This document shows, piece by piece, positions 8,444 to 17,635 of a stretch of DNA of 64,000 bases. The notes under the pieces are model-generated. The model saw only the letters and a program-made list of their open reading frames with translations. It ran no database searches and had not been told where the DNA came from. This DNA comes from Bacteriovoracia bacterium (GTDB lineage Bacteria; Bdellovibrionota; UBA1018; CAIPTA01), in the NCBI GenBank assembly GCA_050246755.1, contig JBFWVL010000002.1:128001-192000 (forward strand), given 5' to 3'. Position numbers and translations under genes: made by a program. Position 1 is the stretch's first letter; every line of letters starts with the position of its first letter.

Positions 8444-10204
8444 GTGAGCAAAATCACCAAGAGCAGTACAGCAGAATATTTTGCCAAAAATTTGCAGCAA
8501 GTGGGTTTTTCTTCACCCTTAAAAGCAGTTTTAACCACGCTAAAAGAGGCGTTGGATAACTCGCTGGATGCCTGCGAACAGGCGGGCATTTTGCCCGAGC
8601 TCGAGGTGCAAATTAAACGCGTGGGCACGGGGTCCAGCAAAAATACCGACCTAATTAAAATTACGATCGAGGATAACGGCCCCGGGATCGATCCCGACGA
8701 TATCGCCAAGGTTTTCGGGGAGTATTTGGCTTCTTCGAAATTCGGCAAAGGCCAGTGCTCCCGTGGGCAGCAAGGGATCGGTATTTCTGCCGCCACCACT
8801 TGGGCGCAGCTCACGAATGCCAAGGGCGCGTTCGTTACTTCCAAAACGGCGAGCATGCGCAAAGCCATGCAAGCTCAGGTAGACGTGGATATTAAGTCGA
8901 ATACCGGCGTGCTGCGCCACAAAGAAATGATCGAGTGGGATAAGAAGAGCGGCGTGAAGGTGGAATTCACCATCGACGGGCGCATCCAACTCAATGGGGA
9001 TGGAGGTTTGATCACCTACCTTGAAGGTACCGTGCTCGTGAATCCTCACCTCACGATCCGTTATAAGCTTTTGGACAACGACTGGGTGAAAGTGGACCGC
9101 GTGACCACCGAGGTTCCGGAAATCCCGGAATCGGCGCTTCCTCACCCCCATACCTTTAAGCTCGGGGAATTTATCACCCATAGCCACCTCTACGGGAAGA
9201 TCAACCTCGATAAGTTTCTTAAAACTGGTTTTTCCCGCGTAAGCGATCAGTCTCTCAAGGATTTCGTCGCTAAAGGCCTGCCGAAAAAACTGCTCGGCAC
9301 TCCGCTTACTTCTCTGAAGGACGAAGATTTTAAAAAAATCTTCCAGGTAGTTCAGGATACTGAATTGATGGCCCCGAGCACCAAATCCGTGCTCACGGTA
9401 GGGGAGCCCGCACTCTCCAAATCCATTCAGCGTCTCGGTGAAGTGGATTTCTTTTCGGTAGTGGCGCGTAAACCCACGATTTGCGATTTCAAACCCGTGG
9501 TGATCGAGATCGCCCTGGCGCGTTTCATCAACCGCAACCTCGAGGCCGACGAGCCCGTGCAATTGCTGCGTTTCGCGAACCGGGTTCCTCTCCAGTTCGA
9601 TAAGTCGGGCTGCGCCATTACGTGGGCGATTGAATCCGTGAATTGGAAAACCTACGGGTTGCAACAGCCCAAGAATTCTCTCCCGATAGGCCCTTACGTA
9701 TTCGCCGTGTCGGTAGTTTCGCCCTTCATTAAATTTAAAAATGCTTCCAAGGAGACGATCGACGCCTCGGAAGAGCTAGTGGAAGAGATTCGCCGCGCCC
9801 TCATCCAGGCCGGACAAAAACTTTCCCGCCACATCAAGAAAGAATTCAAGGAAGCCGACCTCGAGAGAAAATTGCAGCATATCGAGCAATTCGGCCCAAT
9901 CTTGGTGGAAGGCCTGGTGCGCCTCACAAAGAGCAACGACGCGCGGAAAAAGCGCGCCGAAGAAGGCCTGCGTAAGCTGCTCGGGCGGGATTCGAAAGAC
10001 GCCCACGAAGAGCTGGCCGAAGCCTCCAATAAACTTGCCGAGCAGCACGCCCGTGAGAAGAAGAAACGTGGTGAAAGCGACGACGAAGCCGTGAACCCGC
10101 ACGCAGAAAAAGCCGACGATGGCGAGCCGGGCGAACAAATGGAGCTCGCGATCGCGGGTGCCGGCGGTGGGAAAAAAGCTAAGGGAAAGAAAAAGGGTAA
10201 ATAG
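8444..10204 (+). CDS. top6B: DNA topoisomerase VI subunit B
   Basis: GHKL ATPase motifs KEALDNSLDACE, EDNGPGI, SRGQQGIGIS; transducer RFANRVPL and KFKNASKE. Confidence 0.95.
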   Translation: MSKITKSSTAEYFAKNLQQVGFSSPLKAVLTTLKEALDNSLDACEQAGILPELEVQIKRVGTGSSKNTDLIKITIEDNGPGIDPDDIAKVFGEYLASSKFGKGQCSRGQQGIGISAATTWAQLTNAKGAFVTSKTASMRKAMQAQVDVDIKSNTGVLRHKEMIEWDKKSGVKVEFTIDGRIQLNGDGGLITYLEGTVLVNPHLTIRYKLLDNDWVKVDRVTTEVPEIPESALPHPHTFKLGEFITHSHLYGKINLDKFLKTGFSRVSDQSLKDFVAKGLPKKLLGTPLTSLKDEDFKKIFQVVQDTELMAPSTKSVLTVGEPALSKSIQRLGEVDFFSVVARKPTICDFKPVVIEIALARFINRNLEADEPVQLLRFANRVPLQFDKSGCAITWAIESVNWKTYGLQQPKNSLPIGPYVFAVSVVSPFIKFKNASKETIDASEELVEEIRRALIQAGQKLSRHIKKEFKEADLERKLQHIEQFGPILVEGLVRLTKSNDARKKRAEEGLRKLLGRDSKDAHEELAEASNKLAEQHAREKKKRGESDDEAVNPHAEKADDGEPGEQMELAIAGAGGGKKAKGKKKGK

Positions 10205-10206
10205 CG

Positions 10207-11370
10207 ATGGCCAAGTTACTGCACGTACGCGAATTAAATATCGATATCCCCAAAGAGGCCCGCGAGCTCGCGGAGCAAATGCTTTCCGACTTAGAAAAAA
10301 GCAAGCGTCCCGTGCTCGAAGCCGTAAAAACCTCGCTCGATAACTCGATCTATAATCCCCGCGAAGGCTTTCTCACTCCGGGCGACAAAATGGTACGCAC
10401 GGAGCTGAACGTGAGCTCGGTGCAAAAGCTGGCCCGCGTAGTATTCATTCTCGAGATCCTCCTCGGCAATCTCGAGATCGCCGCGGTGAACACGAAAAGG
10501 GAATTGTACTATATGTGCAAGGGCTTGATTAAAAACAGCTCGCGCCTCAAGCCCCTCGATTTTGAAAGCCAGGACGAGAGCGATTCCATCATCGATTTTA
10601 TCGGGGATATGCTTCAGGTATACCGCGAGGAATTGAACTGTTTCGCCAACGACCGCGGCGGGCAAACCTATTCGCAGCAGCTCGTGGTAACCGAAACCCT
10701 GAACGACGGCACCAAGGCTACGATCGATCTTTCCACTCTGGGAACCGCGCCGTTTCAGCCAAAAAACAAGCCGCAGGCGCTGAAGCTGAAGGCGAAAAAG
10801 AAAATTGATTTCTGCCTTGTGATCGAGTCGGAAGGTACCGCAAATACCCTCCAGAGCATGGGATTCACCAAACGAAATAACTGTATTCTCATGGGCGCCG
10901 CCGGGGTTCCCTCGAACGGCGTGCGCGGATGGTGCAAGCTCATCCAGGATAACCTCGATGTGCCGATGTATTTCTTCGGCGACTTGGACGCGTATACCTT
11001 GCAGAATATTTACCGGACCCTGAAGGCCGGTTCGGCGGCATCCCTTATCCGGAATGCCCACTTCTCGGCACCAAACGTACGCTTCCTCGGGGTACTGCCC
11101 GAAGATGTGAGGAAATACGACCTTCCTTACTATCGCGTGAAAGAATCGGATCCCGCCGAAGCGCGCCAGCTGAAAAAAGCCAAGGATGCGCTCGAGGGCG
11201 ATCCCTTCTTTCTGGATAAGAAGAATAAAGGCCTGGCCGATATCCTGCGCTGGTTGATGAAAGAAAAGATTCGTTGCGAGCAGCAGTCGCTCTTCTCCGT
11301 TGACCCGAAAGATCCGATCAAGATGGAGAAGATCATCCTGGAGAAGATCAAAAAGGGCTCCTACGTTTAG
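10207..11370 (+). CDS. top6A: DNA topoisomerase VI subunit A (Spo11-like)
   Basis: TKRELYY catalytic-Tyr motif, Toprim LVIE...GDLDAY, C-terminal CEQQSL; directly downstream of top6B. Confidence 0.93.
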   Translation: MAKLLHVRELNIDIPKEARELAEQMLSDLEKSKRPVLEAVKTSLDNSIYNPREGFLTPGDKMVRTELNVSSVQKLARVVFILEILLGNLEIAAVNTKRELYYMCKGLIKNSSRLKPLDFESQDESDSIIDFIGDMLQVYREELNCFANDRGGQTYSQQLVVTETLNDGTKATIDLSTLGTAPFQPKNKPQALKLKAKKKIDFCLVIESEGTANTLQSMGFTKRNNCILMGAAGVPSNGVRGWCKLIQDNLDVPMYFFGDLDAYTLQNIYRTLKAGSAASLIRNAHFSAPNVRFLGVLPEDVRKYDLPYYRVKESDPAEARQLKKAKDALEGDPFFLDKKNKGLADILRWLMKEKIRCEQQSLFSVDPKDPIKMEKIILEKIKKGSYV

Positions 11371-11377
11371 ATTTCTT

Positions 11378-11422
11378 TGACGCAGCATTTAGCCGGAACG
11401 ACTAAATGCTGCGTCATTTTTT
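11378..11422 (+). terminator. intrinsic terminator after top6BA
   Basis: Perfect 15-bp stem TGACGCAGCATTTAG / CTAAATGCTGCGTCA, 9-nt loop, followed by T6. Confidence 0.85.
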
Positions 11423-11460
11423 CTGAGTGACGCCAGCCTTCGCTATGCTAGCGTTTACCC

Positions 11461-11964
11461 ATGAATACCTTATTTCTCCTTATGCCACTTCTCGCCTTCG
11501 CCTGGCAGCCCGCCGATTTTAAAAAGCCCTCGCAGGCGGAACTCAAGAAAAAACTCACGAGCGAGCAATTCGAGGTAACCCAAAAGGCCGGCACCGAACC
11601 TCCGTTCCGGAACGCCTTTCACAATAATCACGCCGAGGGAATTTACGTGGATGTGGTCTCCGGAGAGCCGCTCTTCAGCTCTAAGGATAAATACGACTCG
11701 GGCACTGGCTGGCCGAGTTTTTCCAAGCCTCTCGTAAAAGAAAATTTGGTGGAAAAAGCCGATCACGAGTTATTCGAGACCAGAACCGAAGTGCGCAGCA
11801 AGCACGCGGATTCTCACCTCGGGCACGTATTCAACGACGGGCCTAAGCCTACGGGCCTGCGTTACTGTATGAACTCGGCTTCGCTGAAATTTATTCCTAA
11901 AGAGAAACTGAAAGAGAGCGGTTACGGTGAATACGTATCGCTCTTTAAAGAGGGGGCAAAATGA
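11461..11964 (+). CDS. msrB: peptide-methionine (R)-S-oxide reductase MsrB, probably exported
   Basis: GTEPPF, GWPSF, HLGHVF, RYCMNS motifs; short hydrophobic N-terminal signal-like segment. Confidence 0.95.
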   Translation: MNTLFLLMPLLAFAWQPADFKKPSQAELKKKLTSEQFEVTQKAGTEPPFRNAFHNNHAEGIYVDVVSGEPLFSSKDKYDSGTGWPSFSKPLVKENLVEKADHELFETRTEVRSKHADSHLGHVFNDGPKPTGLRYCMNSASLKFIPKEKLKESGYGEYVSLFKEGAK

Positions 11965-12329
11965 AAGTAGCGATCCTCGGTGCTTCCGACAATCCCAGCC
12001 GCTACGCCCATATGGCGTTCCGTATGCTGAAGGACTACGGCCATGAGCCTATCCCCGTGAGCCCTAAATTAAAAAATCTTGAAGGCGTGCCCGTGTTCGC
12101 GACGCTCAAAGACGTTCCCCGCCCGGTGGATACTCTTACGATGTACGTGGGACCGGCCATTTCGGCCAAGCTTCAACCCGAAATTCTCGCGCTGAAGCCA
12201 CGGCGGGTGATTTTTAATCCGGGCAGCGAGAATCCGGAGCTGATGGCGGCGCTCGAGAAAGCCGGAATTCACGTGGTGGAAGGCTGCACCTTAGTTCTTC
12301 TTCGCACGAATCAGTTTCTGGCCGCCTGA
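11961..12329 (+). CDS. CoA-binding protein (YccU-like)
   Basis: [25 protein letters not shown]; ATGA overlap with msrB. Confidence 0.9.
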   Translation: MKVAILGASDNPSRYAHMAFRMLKDYGHEPIPVSPKLKNLEGVPVFATLKDVPRPVDTLTMYVGPAISAKLQPEILALKPRRVIFNPGSENPELMAALEKAGIHVVEGCTLVLLRTNQFLAA

Positions 12330-12417
12330 AGTCAGGTTTCCCTTTTTTCCCCATCTTAAGCGGTGCTTTAATTCGTAGCCCTGACATTCTAAAAACAGAG
12401 CTCTTAGGTTGGATAGG

Positions 12418-12451
12418 AAAAATCCCGGTCGGCCTTTCTGGTCGACCGGGA
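12418..12451 (-). terminator. intrinsic terminator for the 12461-13000 gene
   Basis: Stem TCCCGGTCG / CGACCGGGA with a T-run on the minus strand. Confidence 0.7.
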
Positions 12452-12460
12452 ATACGAAGA

Positions 12461-13000
12461 CTAGTTCTTCGCTACGGCAGTTTTTAGGCGAATCATGAAC
12501 ACTTGCGTGAAGTCACGCAGGTCACTTCTCTTCACGCGCAGAGCGTGAGCGGCGTTCGCGAGGGACTGTTCCGATGGCATACGGAAGTTTTGCAGTCCGT
12601 TAATATCGTGGCTCGACATTCCGATCGCCTCGAGTTTGCGGGTGTCGCCATCTAGGGCCTTGTTAAACGCACTCTTGAGGTAAGAAACTGAGCGATTGCT
12701 TAAGTTGAATTCTTTTTCCCAAGTAGTAGGGCGGCTGGCTTCTGACGCTATTAGGCCGTGTCCCCAACGCCATCCCGGATGGCGGCGGCCGAATACGATG
12801 CCGATGGTGCCCCCATCGTTATAGCCATAGTCGCAACCGTAGTCCCAGCTATTGCGGCAATAGGGGTCTCCGTACCAAACACGGTCGTAAGCGCGGCCGT
12901 AGGATACGCGTACGCTGCTATCGCAAGCAACGAGGGTGGTGAGCGCAACGGCGGCGGCTACCAGGGGTAGAGCGGCGCGGCTGATTCGATTAAAGTTCAT
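12461..13000 (-). CDS. putative lipoprotein, unknown function
   Basis: GGAGG SD; lipobox LVAC; Tyr/Trp/Gly-rich N-terminal segment. Confidence 0.75.
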   Translation of the reverse strand: MNFNRISRAALPLVAAAVALTTLVACDSSVRVSYGRAYDRVWYGDPYCRNSWDYGCDYGYNDGGTIGIVFGRRHPGWRWGHGLIASEASRPTTWEKEFNLSNRSVSYLKSAFNKALDGDTRKLEAIGMSSHDINGLQNFRMPSEQSLANAAHALRVKRSDLRDFTQVFMIRLKTAVAKN

Positions 13001-13177
13001 AGTACCTCCAATAATTTTGTCTCGGATTGAGAACGTTTAAACAGCAGTACGCCCCGTTGCGGAGCGCAGACAACGGACGAAATTCCGCACTTCGATGGGT
13101 GGCAGATTGCCGGGCTCTTTCTTCAGCGGCGAGGAGTATAATTAGTTAAGGCAAAGGTATCCTTCGAAAGGAGAATT

Positions 13178-14107
13178 ATGCCGAAAGAAAATATCATCTG
13201 GGCGGTGGATCCTTTCACGGCGCAGAAAATTCCCCTCGCTAAATCACGCCATATGCTGGCCACTTTGCAAAAATGCGGCTCCCTCGCGGTGGAGCCGGTA
13301 GCGATCGTGAGCCCCAAAGACGCTCGCTGGCCATTAGAATTCGACGGGCGCTGGAGCGAGCGATTCCTGGAGGTAGCGGAATTTTCCCTCAAAGACGTGA
13401 AGCGGAAGATGCGGCTGCCGGAAGTGGCGGACCCAAAGCTGTTGGTGGAAGCTTCGGTGCGCCGTGAAGACGCCATCCGGGCATTGCTGAATTTCTCCAG
13501 CGGGGAAGCCGCTAAAATAATCTTGGTCAACCTTCACGCCCATGCGGGCCTGAAGCGATTTCGTCTGGGGGGATTCACCGAGTCTCTCTTTGCCGCCTCC
13601 TCGATTCCCGTACTCACCCTGCGCGGGAATACCAGGGTACCTAATCAAATCAAGGTTATCGCTTTTCCCACGGATCTCACGAGACTGGCGAAGAAGTACT
13701 TACCGAAAATAATTTCCATAGCCCGTGATTTCGGGGCGCGCTTGGCGATTCTCCACCGGCTAGAAGTGCCGGCTATTTTTTCGGTGGACTGGGTAGGCTT
13801 TGCGGCTGCGGCGGAAATGGAACCGATGCAAGAAGTAATGGCGGAAAATGAAAGTATCAAGAAAAAACTTGGGGAGGAGTTCGTGGCCGAGGCTCATTCC
13901 GCCGGGGTGGGCGCGGAGTTTCATTTGATCCGCGGAATGACTTCGCTCGGCGAGGCGATCGTCCGGGCCTCCTGCGAAGCAAAAGCGGATATTGTGGCGG
14001 TGGCGGCGCAGGACCATAGTTTGACGCAAAAAATTCTGGGATCCACGTCCCGGGAGGTATTGCGGCTTTCGCCACGTCCCGTGCTGGTATTGCCGGGACG
14101 TATATAA
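13178..14107 (+). CDS. universal stress protein (tandem Usp domains)
   Basis: IIWAVDP...RLGGFTE and IAFPTDL...ILGSTSREVL...PVLVLP; SD AAGGAG. Confidence 0.88.
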   Translation: MPKENIIWAVDPFTAQKIPLAKSRHMLATLQKCGSLAVEPVAIVSPKDARWPLEFDGRWSERFLEVAEFSLKDVKRKMRLPEVADPKLLVEASVRREDAIRALLNFSSGEAAKIILVNLHAHAGLKRFRLGGFTESLFAASSIPVLTLRGNTRVPNQIKVIAFPTDLTRLAKKYLPKIISIARDFGARLAILHRLEVPAIFSVDWVGFAAAAEMEPMQEVMAENESIKKKLGEEFVAEAHSAGVGAEFHLIRGMTSLGEAIVRASCEAKADIVAVAAQDHSLTQKILGSTSREVLRLSPRPVLVLPGRI

Positions 14108-14162
14108 GGCGGCTCGAGCGGTGCGGCGTGGCCTAACCACTTCCCTGGGGTAGGATTTCCGC

Positions 14163-15341
14163 GTGCGCTTGCTCCTTTTCGTATTTTTATTAGTACCTAA
14201 TTTCGCTTTCGCCCTCGAATGGGACGGGAAAGGCGATTTTTCGCTAGCTAACGAGTACCGCGAGTTTCCTCAGTCCGGCTTCGGGCCTCACTCTCATGCC
14301 TACGAAAGCATCGTGCTCGCAAAATACCAGCTGCGCTTTTTTCCGTCCACGGCGGTTCGTCTGGAGGCCACTCCCGAGGTGAGGGGATTCGTGAGCCGGA
14401 TGGTGGGGCGAGGCCCGGGGGAGCCGGGATACGCTACGGTAGAGGGCCCGGAGCGCTTATTCGATTTTAAAACGAATCTCGTATCCGGAAATACCGCGCA
14501 GTGGCTGCTGGATACGGAACGCCTGAATTTTATTTTTTCGCTCGGCGATTTCGAAATGCAGCTGGGGCGTAAACCCATCGGCGTGGGCACGCTCAAGGTA
14601 TTGCCGATTTGGAATAAATTCAGCCGGCCTTTGCCGAATACGGCCGGACCAAATTTAATTTTTGGGCAGGATTCGGCCACGCTGCGTTGGCAGTCGGGGC
14701 AGTGGTCGCTGCAGGCGCTCGACATCGAGGGGAAAAGCGCGAGACCAGAAGAAGCCGTGCGCTGGATGGAGGCCATTCTTTATAACCCCGCGCTCGAGCT
14801 GCACCTCATGGCCTCTCGCTGGTGGGAAAAGAACGTGGTGGGCCTGGCCTTCGCGAAAGACCTTGGCGGCGCTACACTGCGCGGAGAAGCGCTCGGCATC
14901 GGCCTCGACCGCTCCGGCAAAGAAAACGAATTTCAGGGCGGGCTTGGGCTCGAGTACGCGTTGAACGAGACGTGGACTTTTCTCGGCGAATCCTTATTTC
15001 AGAGCGACGGCGCCGATCGTACTTCGGAATATACGGTATTGATTCCTTCTCCCTATCGTCCATTGCGCGCGAAAGCTTATGCTTTTCTACAGGCCACGGC
15101 CCAGATCGACGCCTATTGGATCGCAAATTTTGGCACGCTCGTGAACGGGATCGACGGGAGTTTCTATCCACTCCTCAAGCTCACTCGCTCTCTCAGCGAT
15201 CACCTTGATGCCGCGCTTGATCTACGCGGCCCGGTGGGGCGGAACGGAAAAGAGTTTTCCCGCGAAGCCTTTCGTTTCCCGCGTGGGCGCACGATCGGGG
15301 CTCCCTCCCAAATCCAATTTCTGCTCACGGCTTCATTCTAA
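14163..15341 (+). CDS. putative outer-membrane beta-barrel protein
   Basis: Signal peptide, amphipathic beta-strands, LGRKPIGVG motif, C-terminal Phe. Resembles barrels found with LolA-like/ABC permease loci. Confidence 0.7.
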   Translation: MRLLLFVFLLVPNFAFALEWDGKGDFSLANEYREFPQSGFGPHSHAYESIVLAKYQLRFFPSTAVRLEATPEVRGFVSRMVGRGPGEPGYATVEGPERLFDFKTNLVSGNTAQWLLDTERLNFIFSLGDFEMQLGRKPIGVGTLKVLPIWNKFSRPLPNTAGPNLIFGQDSATLRWQSGQWSLQALDIEGKSARPEEAVRWMEAILYNPALELHLMASRWWEKNVVGLAFAKDLGGATLRGEALGIGLDRSGKENEFQGGLGLEYALNETWTFLGESLFQSDGADRTSEYTVLIPSPYRPLRAKAYAFLQATAQIDAYWIANFGTLVNGIDGSFYPLLKLTRSLSDHLDAALDLRGPVGRNGKEFSREAFRFPRGRTIGAPSQIQFLLTASF

Positions 15342-16870
15342 GTTAGTTCGACCGGCTTTTGCTGGATCACCTTAGGTTTGGTTTGCGCGTGAGAGCTTTT
15401 CGCCCACAGCGGATGTTGCGCGGGCAAGGGTAGGCGGCGGATCGGCTGCAGCAGCTTATCGCGGATATCCTCGAAATATTCGGGATTGGCCTCCTGCAGC
15501 GCTTTATCGAAAACCCCGAGGCTTTCGCCTTCGTGATTAGATTGTTCTGGATGCGCGAACAATAACCCCGAGGCATCCGCCGCCGGCGCCAGGATCCATG
15601 GAGAAGGAAATTCCAACCCGGAATTTTTCAGCGCGTTAAGCACGTGGGTCTCGCTGATGCGGGTATGCCCGAGGCTCACGGTATTTCCCGCTTTTTCCAC
15701 GAATTCAAGAATGGGCGAACGGTGGAAAAAACCCGTGCAGCGCACGATATCGTAGAGACGAAAACGCACGAATCCCATTTTGGTGGTGAGCAGAATTTCG
15801 TAGTTTTTCCCGGGTTCCAAATCCCAGGGTTTTAAAATGTTTTTTCCCGGCTCTTCGCCCGCCGGAAAAAATTCGGTAACGAGGGCGCCGGGATGAAGCG
15901 GGCCGCCCGCTTTATCGCTATAGAGCGGCACGGTTACCCAACCTTCGGTGGCGGAGTAGGTGGCGTCTACCACCGGAACTTCTCCGCGCAGCCAGGGATC
16001 CAGGCGTGGCAGCTGCAGGCCGCAGGTGGCGGTTTTCCAGCAGCAAACAAATTCCAAGGAAGGCCAAACGCTACGGTAAGAAAAATGCTTTTCTTTTTTC
16101 TTGAAGGCATTGCGGAGCAGGGCCACCCGTTCCGCGCTCACCTTCACCTTCGGCAGCCCATCGGCGGGCGGGGAATTAATCCTTCCTTCGAGGTAGGGCC
16201 AGTAGGAGTCGATATTTTTTTCGATGGCCAGCGAGAACTGCTCGAGCATGGAAGGCGTGATCGCGATCATGGCGGATAGATCCGTGGCGAGCGCGTAGAG
16301 CGGGCCCCAGCGGAAGAAAAAATCGCGGTCGCGGAATACGCCTAGGGGAAAAGCATATTTTTTCGCGAGAAGCGGAGGAATATTGCGGTAGTTATAGCCG
16401 CTGATAAATCCTTTCTCCACGCCCGCCGGCGATTTTTCGGTGGGAAGAGTGGCGGCAAAATACAGCACGGGCTTACCCAGGAAATCTTTAAACCGCTGCG
16501 TGAGGCTATGCAGAAAAGGGGGAGTGGTGCTTTGGAAGCTTTTTTTGTACGCCGGGGTAATCGGATAGATTTTCGCTTTACCGGTGGTGCCCCCGCTCTC
16601 TGACCAAAAAAGGATTTTGCCGCCCGTGAGCGCCGAGATATCGGAGCTATAGCTGGCATCCAGGGCTCCGCGGTAGTCTTCGTAGTCGGTTACGGGATAA
16701 TCTTCGAGGCGGTCCTTCACGCGGCCCCGCCAGAAGTCTCCGCGGCGCAGCTCGTCTTTGGTTTCCGCCCACACGCGGGCCTGGGCGGTTTCAATTTGCT
16801 CGCAGTCGCGCACGAAGCTGCGGTACTTTGGGTAGGTGAGGGCGCGAATGATTTTGGTCGTAATGGCCAT
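15338..16870 (-). CDS. GH3 family acyl acid amido synthetase-like protein
   Basis: PVTDYEDY, SGGTTGKAKIYP, YSATEG, YEILLTT..GFVRFRLYDIV motifs typical of GH3 adenylating enzymes. Confidence 0.88.
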   Translation of the reverse strand: MAITTKIIRALTYPKYRSFVRDCEQIETAQARVWAETKDELRRGDFWRGRVKDRLEDYPVTDYEDYRGALDASYSSDISALTGGKILFWSESGGTTGKAKIYPITPAYKKSFQSTTPPFLHSLTQRFKDFLGKPVLYFAATLPTEKSPAGVEKGFISGYNYRNIPPLLAKKYAFPLGVFRDRDFFFRWGPLYALATDLSAMIAITPSMLEQFSLAIEKNIDSYWPYLEGRINSPPADGLPKVKVSAERVALLRNAFKKKEKHFSYRSVWPSLEFVCCWKTATCGLQLPRLDPWLRGEVPVVDATYSATEGWVTVPLYSDKAGGPLHPGALVTEFFPAGEEPGKNILKPWDLEPGKNYEILLTTKMGFVRFRLYDIVRCTGFFHRSPILEFVEKAGNTVSLGHTRISETHVLNALKNSGLEFPSPWILAPAADASGLLFAHPEQSNHEGESLGVFDKALQEANPEYFEDIRDKLLQPIRRLPLPAQHPLWAKSSHAQTKPKVIQQKPVELT

Positions 16871-16876
16871 AGGAAG

Positions 16877-16886
16877 ACGGTACAAT
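16877..16886. promoter_or_regulatory. overlapping divergent -10 elements (putative bidirectional promoter)
   Basis: Minus-strand TACCGT (16882-16877) lies 6 nt from GH3 ATG 16870; plus-strand TACAAT (16881-16886) precedes SD GGGGAG and ATG 16913. Confidence 0.45.
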
Positions 16887-16912
16887 TTTGTCTCGGAAAA
16901 GGGGAGAAAAGT

Positions 16913-17635
16913 ATGGCAAAAAATTCTAGCCGCGTGGCCACCGGTCTCCCTTCCTACGCTTACCTGATAATCGACTTAGTAAGTTTTTTGCTATCGGTGG
17001 GGCCTGGCGCGATCGCGTTCGGTGCCACGCTATTGTATCTGCGTCATTTTTGGTATTCCCCGCTTTTTCCGCTCTACGCTTTATTGGCGGTACTCCCATT
17101 GGTGATCTGTTTTCTGCTGGCGGTTTTTTGTTTGCGGTTGTTGGTTCCGCGCCTGAAAAAAGGCGTTTACCCAATGGCCGTAAACCTCGGAATGTTTTCC
17201 TGGTATTGCAATTTGGCGCTTTCCCGCGCGGCGCAAGTAAGCGGCCTCAGCCCTCTTTTAAATAGCTTTTATATTACGAAATTCCTGCATTGGCGTGCGC
17301 TCGGGATGAAAATTGCGTTCGGGGTGAATACCTCGATCGGCGTGAGCTTCGTGGATTTGCCGATGATCCGCGTGGGCAAAGGCTGTACGATCTCGGAAGG
17401 GGTGCATATCGCTTGCCATACCTTCGTGGGCGACCGTTTGCTGATCATTCCCGTAGAGATTGGAGAAAATGTTTTCATCGGCATGAATTGCGTGATCGGG
17501 CCCAAAACTCGTCTTGGGGACCGGGCGTGGATCGGAATGAATAATTTAATTTCGGAAGGAATTCCCGCCGACGCTAAGCTCGAGAATTTTGCGTGGGAGC
17601 ACGGGAATCCTGAGCGAGCCCCCGCCAAAGACTGA
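16913..17635 (+). CDS. membrane-anchored hexapeptide-repeat (left-handed beta-helix) acyltransferase
   Basis: Two N-terminal TM segments, then RALGMKI, IRVGKGCTI, CHTF, VEIGENVFIG, TRLGDRAWIG repeats. Confidence 0.82.
   Translation: MAKNSSRVATGLPSYAYLIIDLVSFLLSVGPGAIAFGATLLYLRHFWYSPLFPLYALLAVLPLVICFLLAVFCLRLLVPRLKKGVYPMAVNLGMFSWYCNLALSRAAQVSGLSPLLNSFYITKFLHWRALGMKIAFGVNTSIGVSFVDLPMIRVGKGCTISEGVHIACHTFVGDRLLIIPVEIGENVFIGMNCVIGPKTRLGDRAWIGMNNLISEGIPADAKLENFAWEHGNPERAPAKD

Noticed and set aside
8651-11388. 337-aa and 365-aa ORFs antisense to top6B and top6A
   Set aside because: Mirror frames of well-supported genes with non-protein-like composition.
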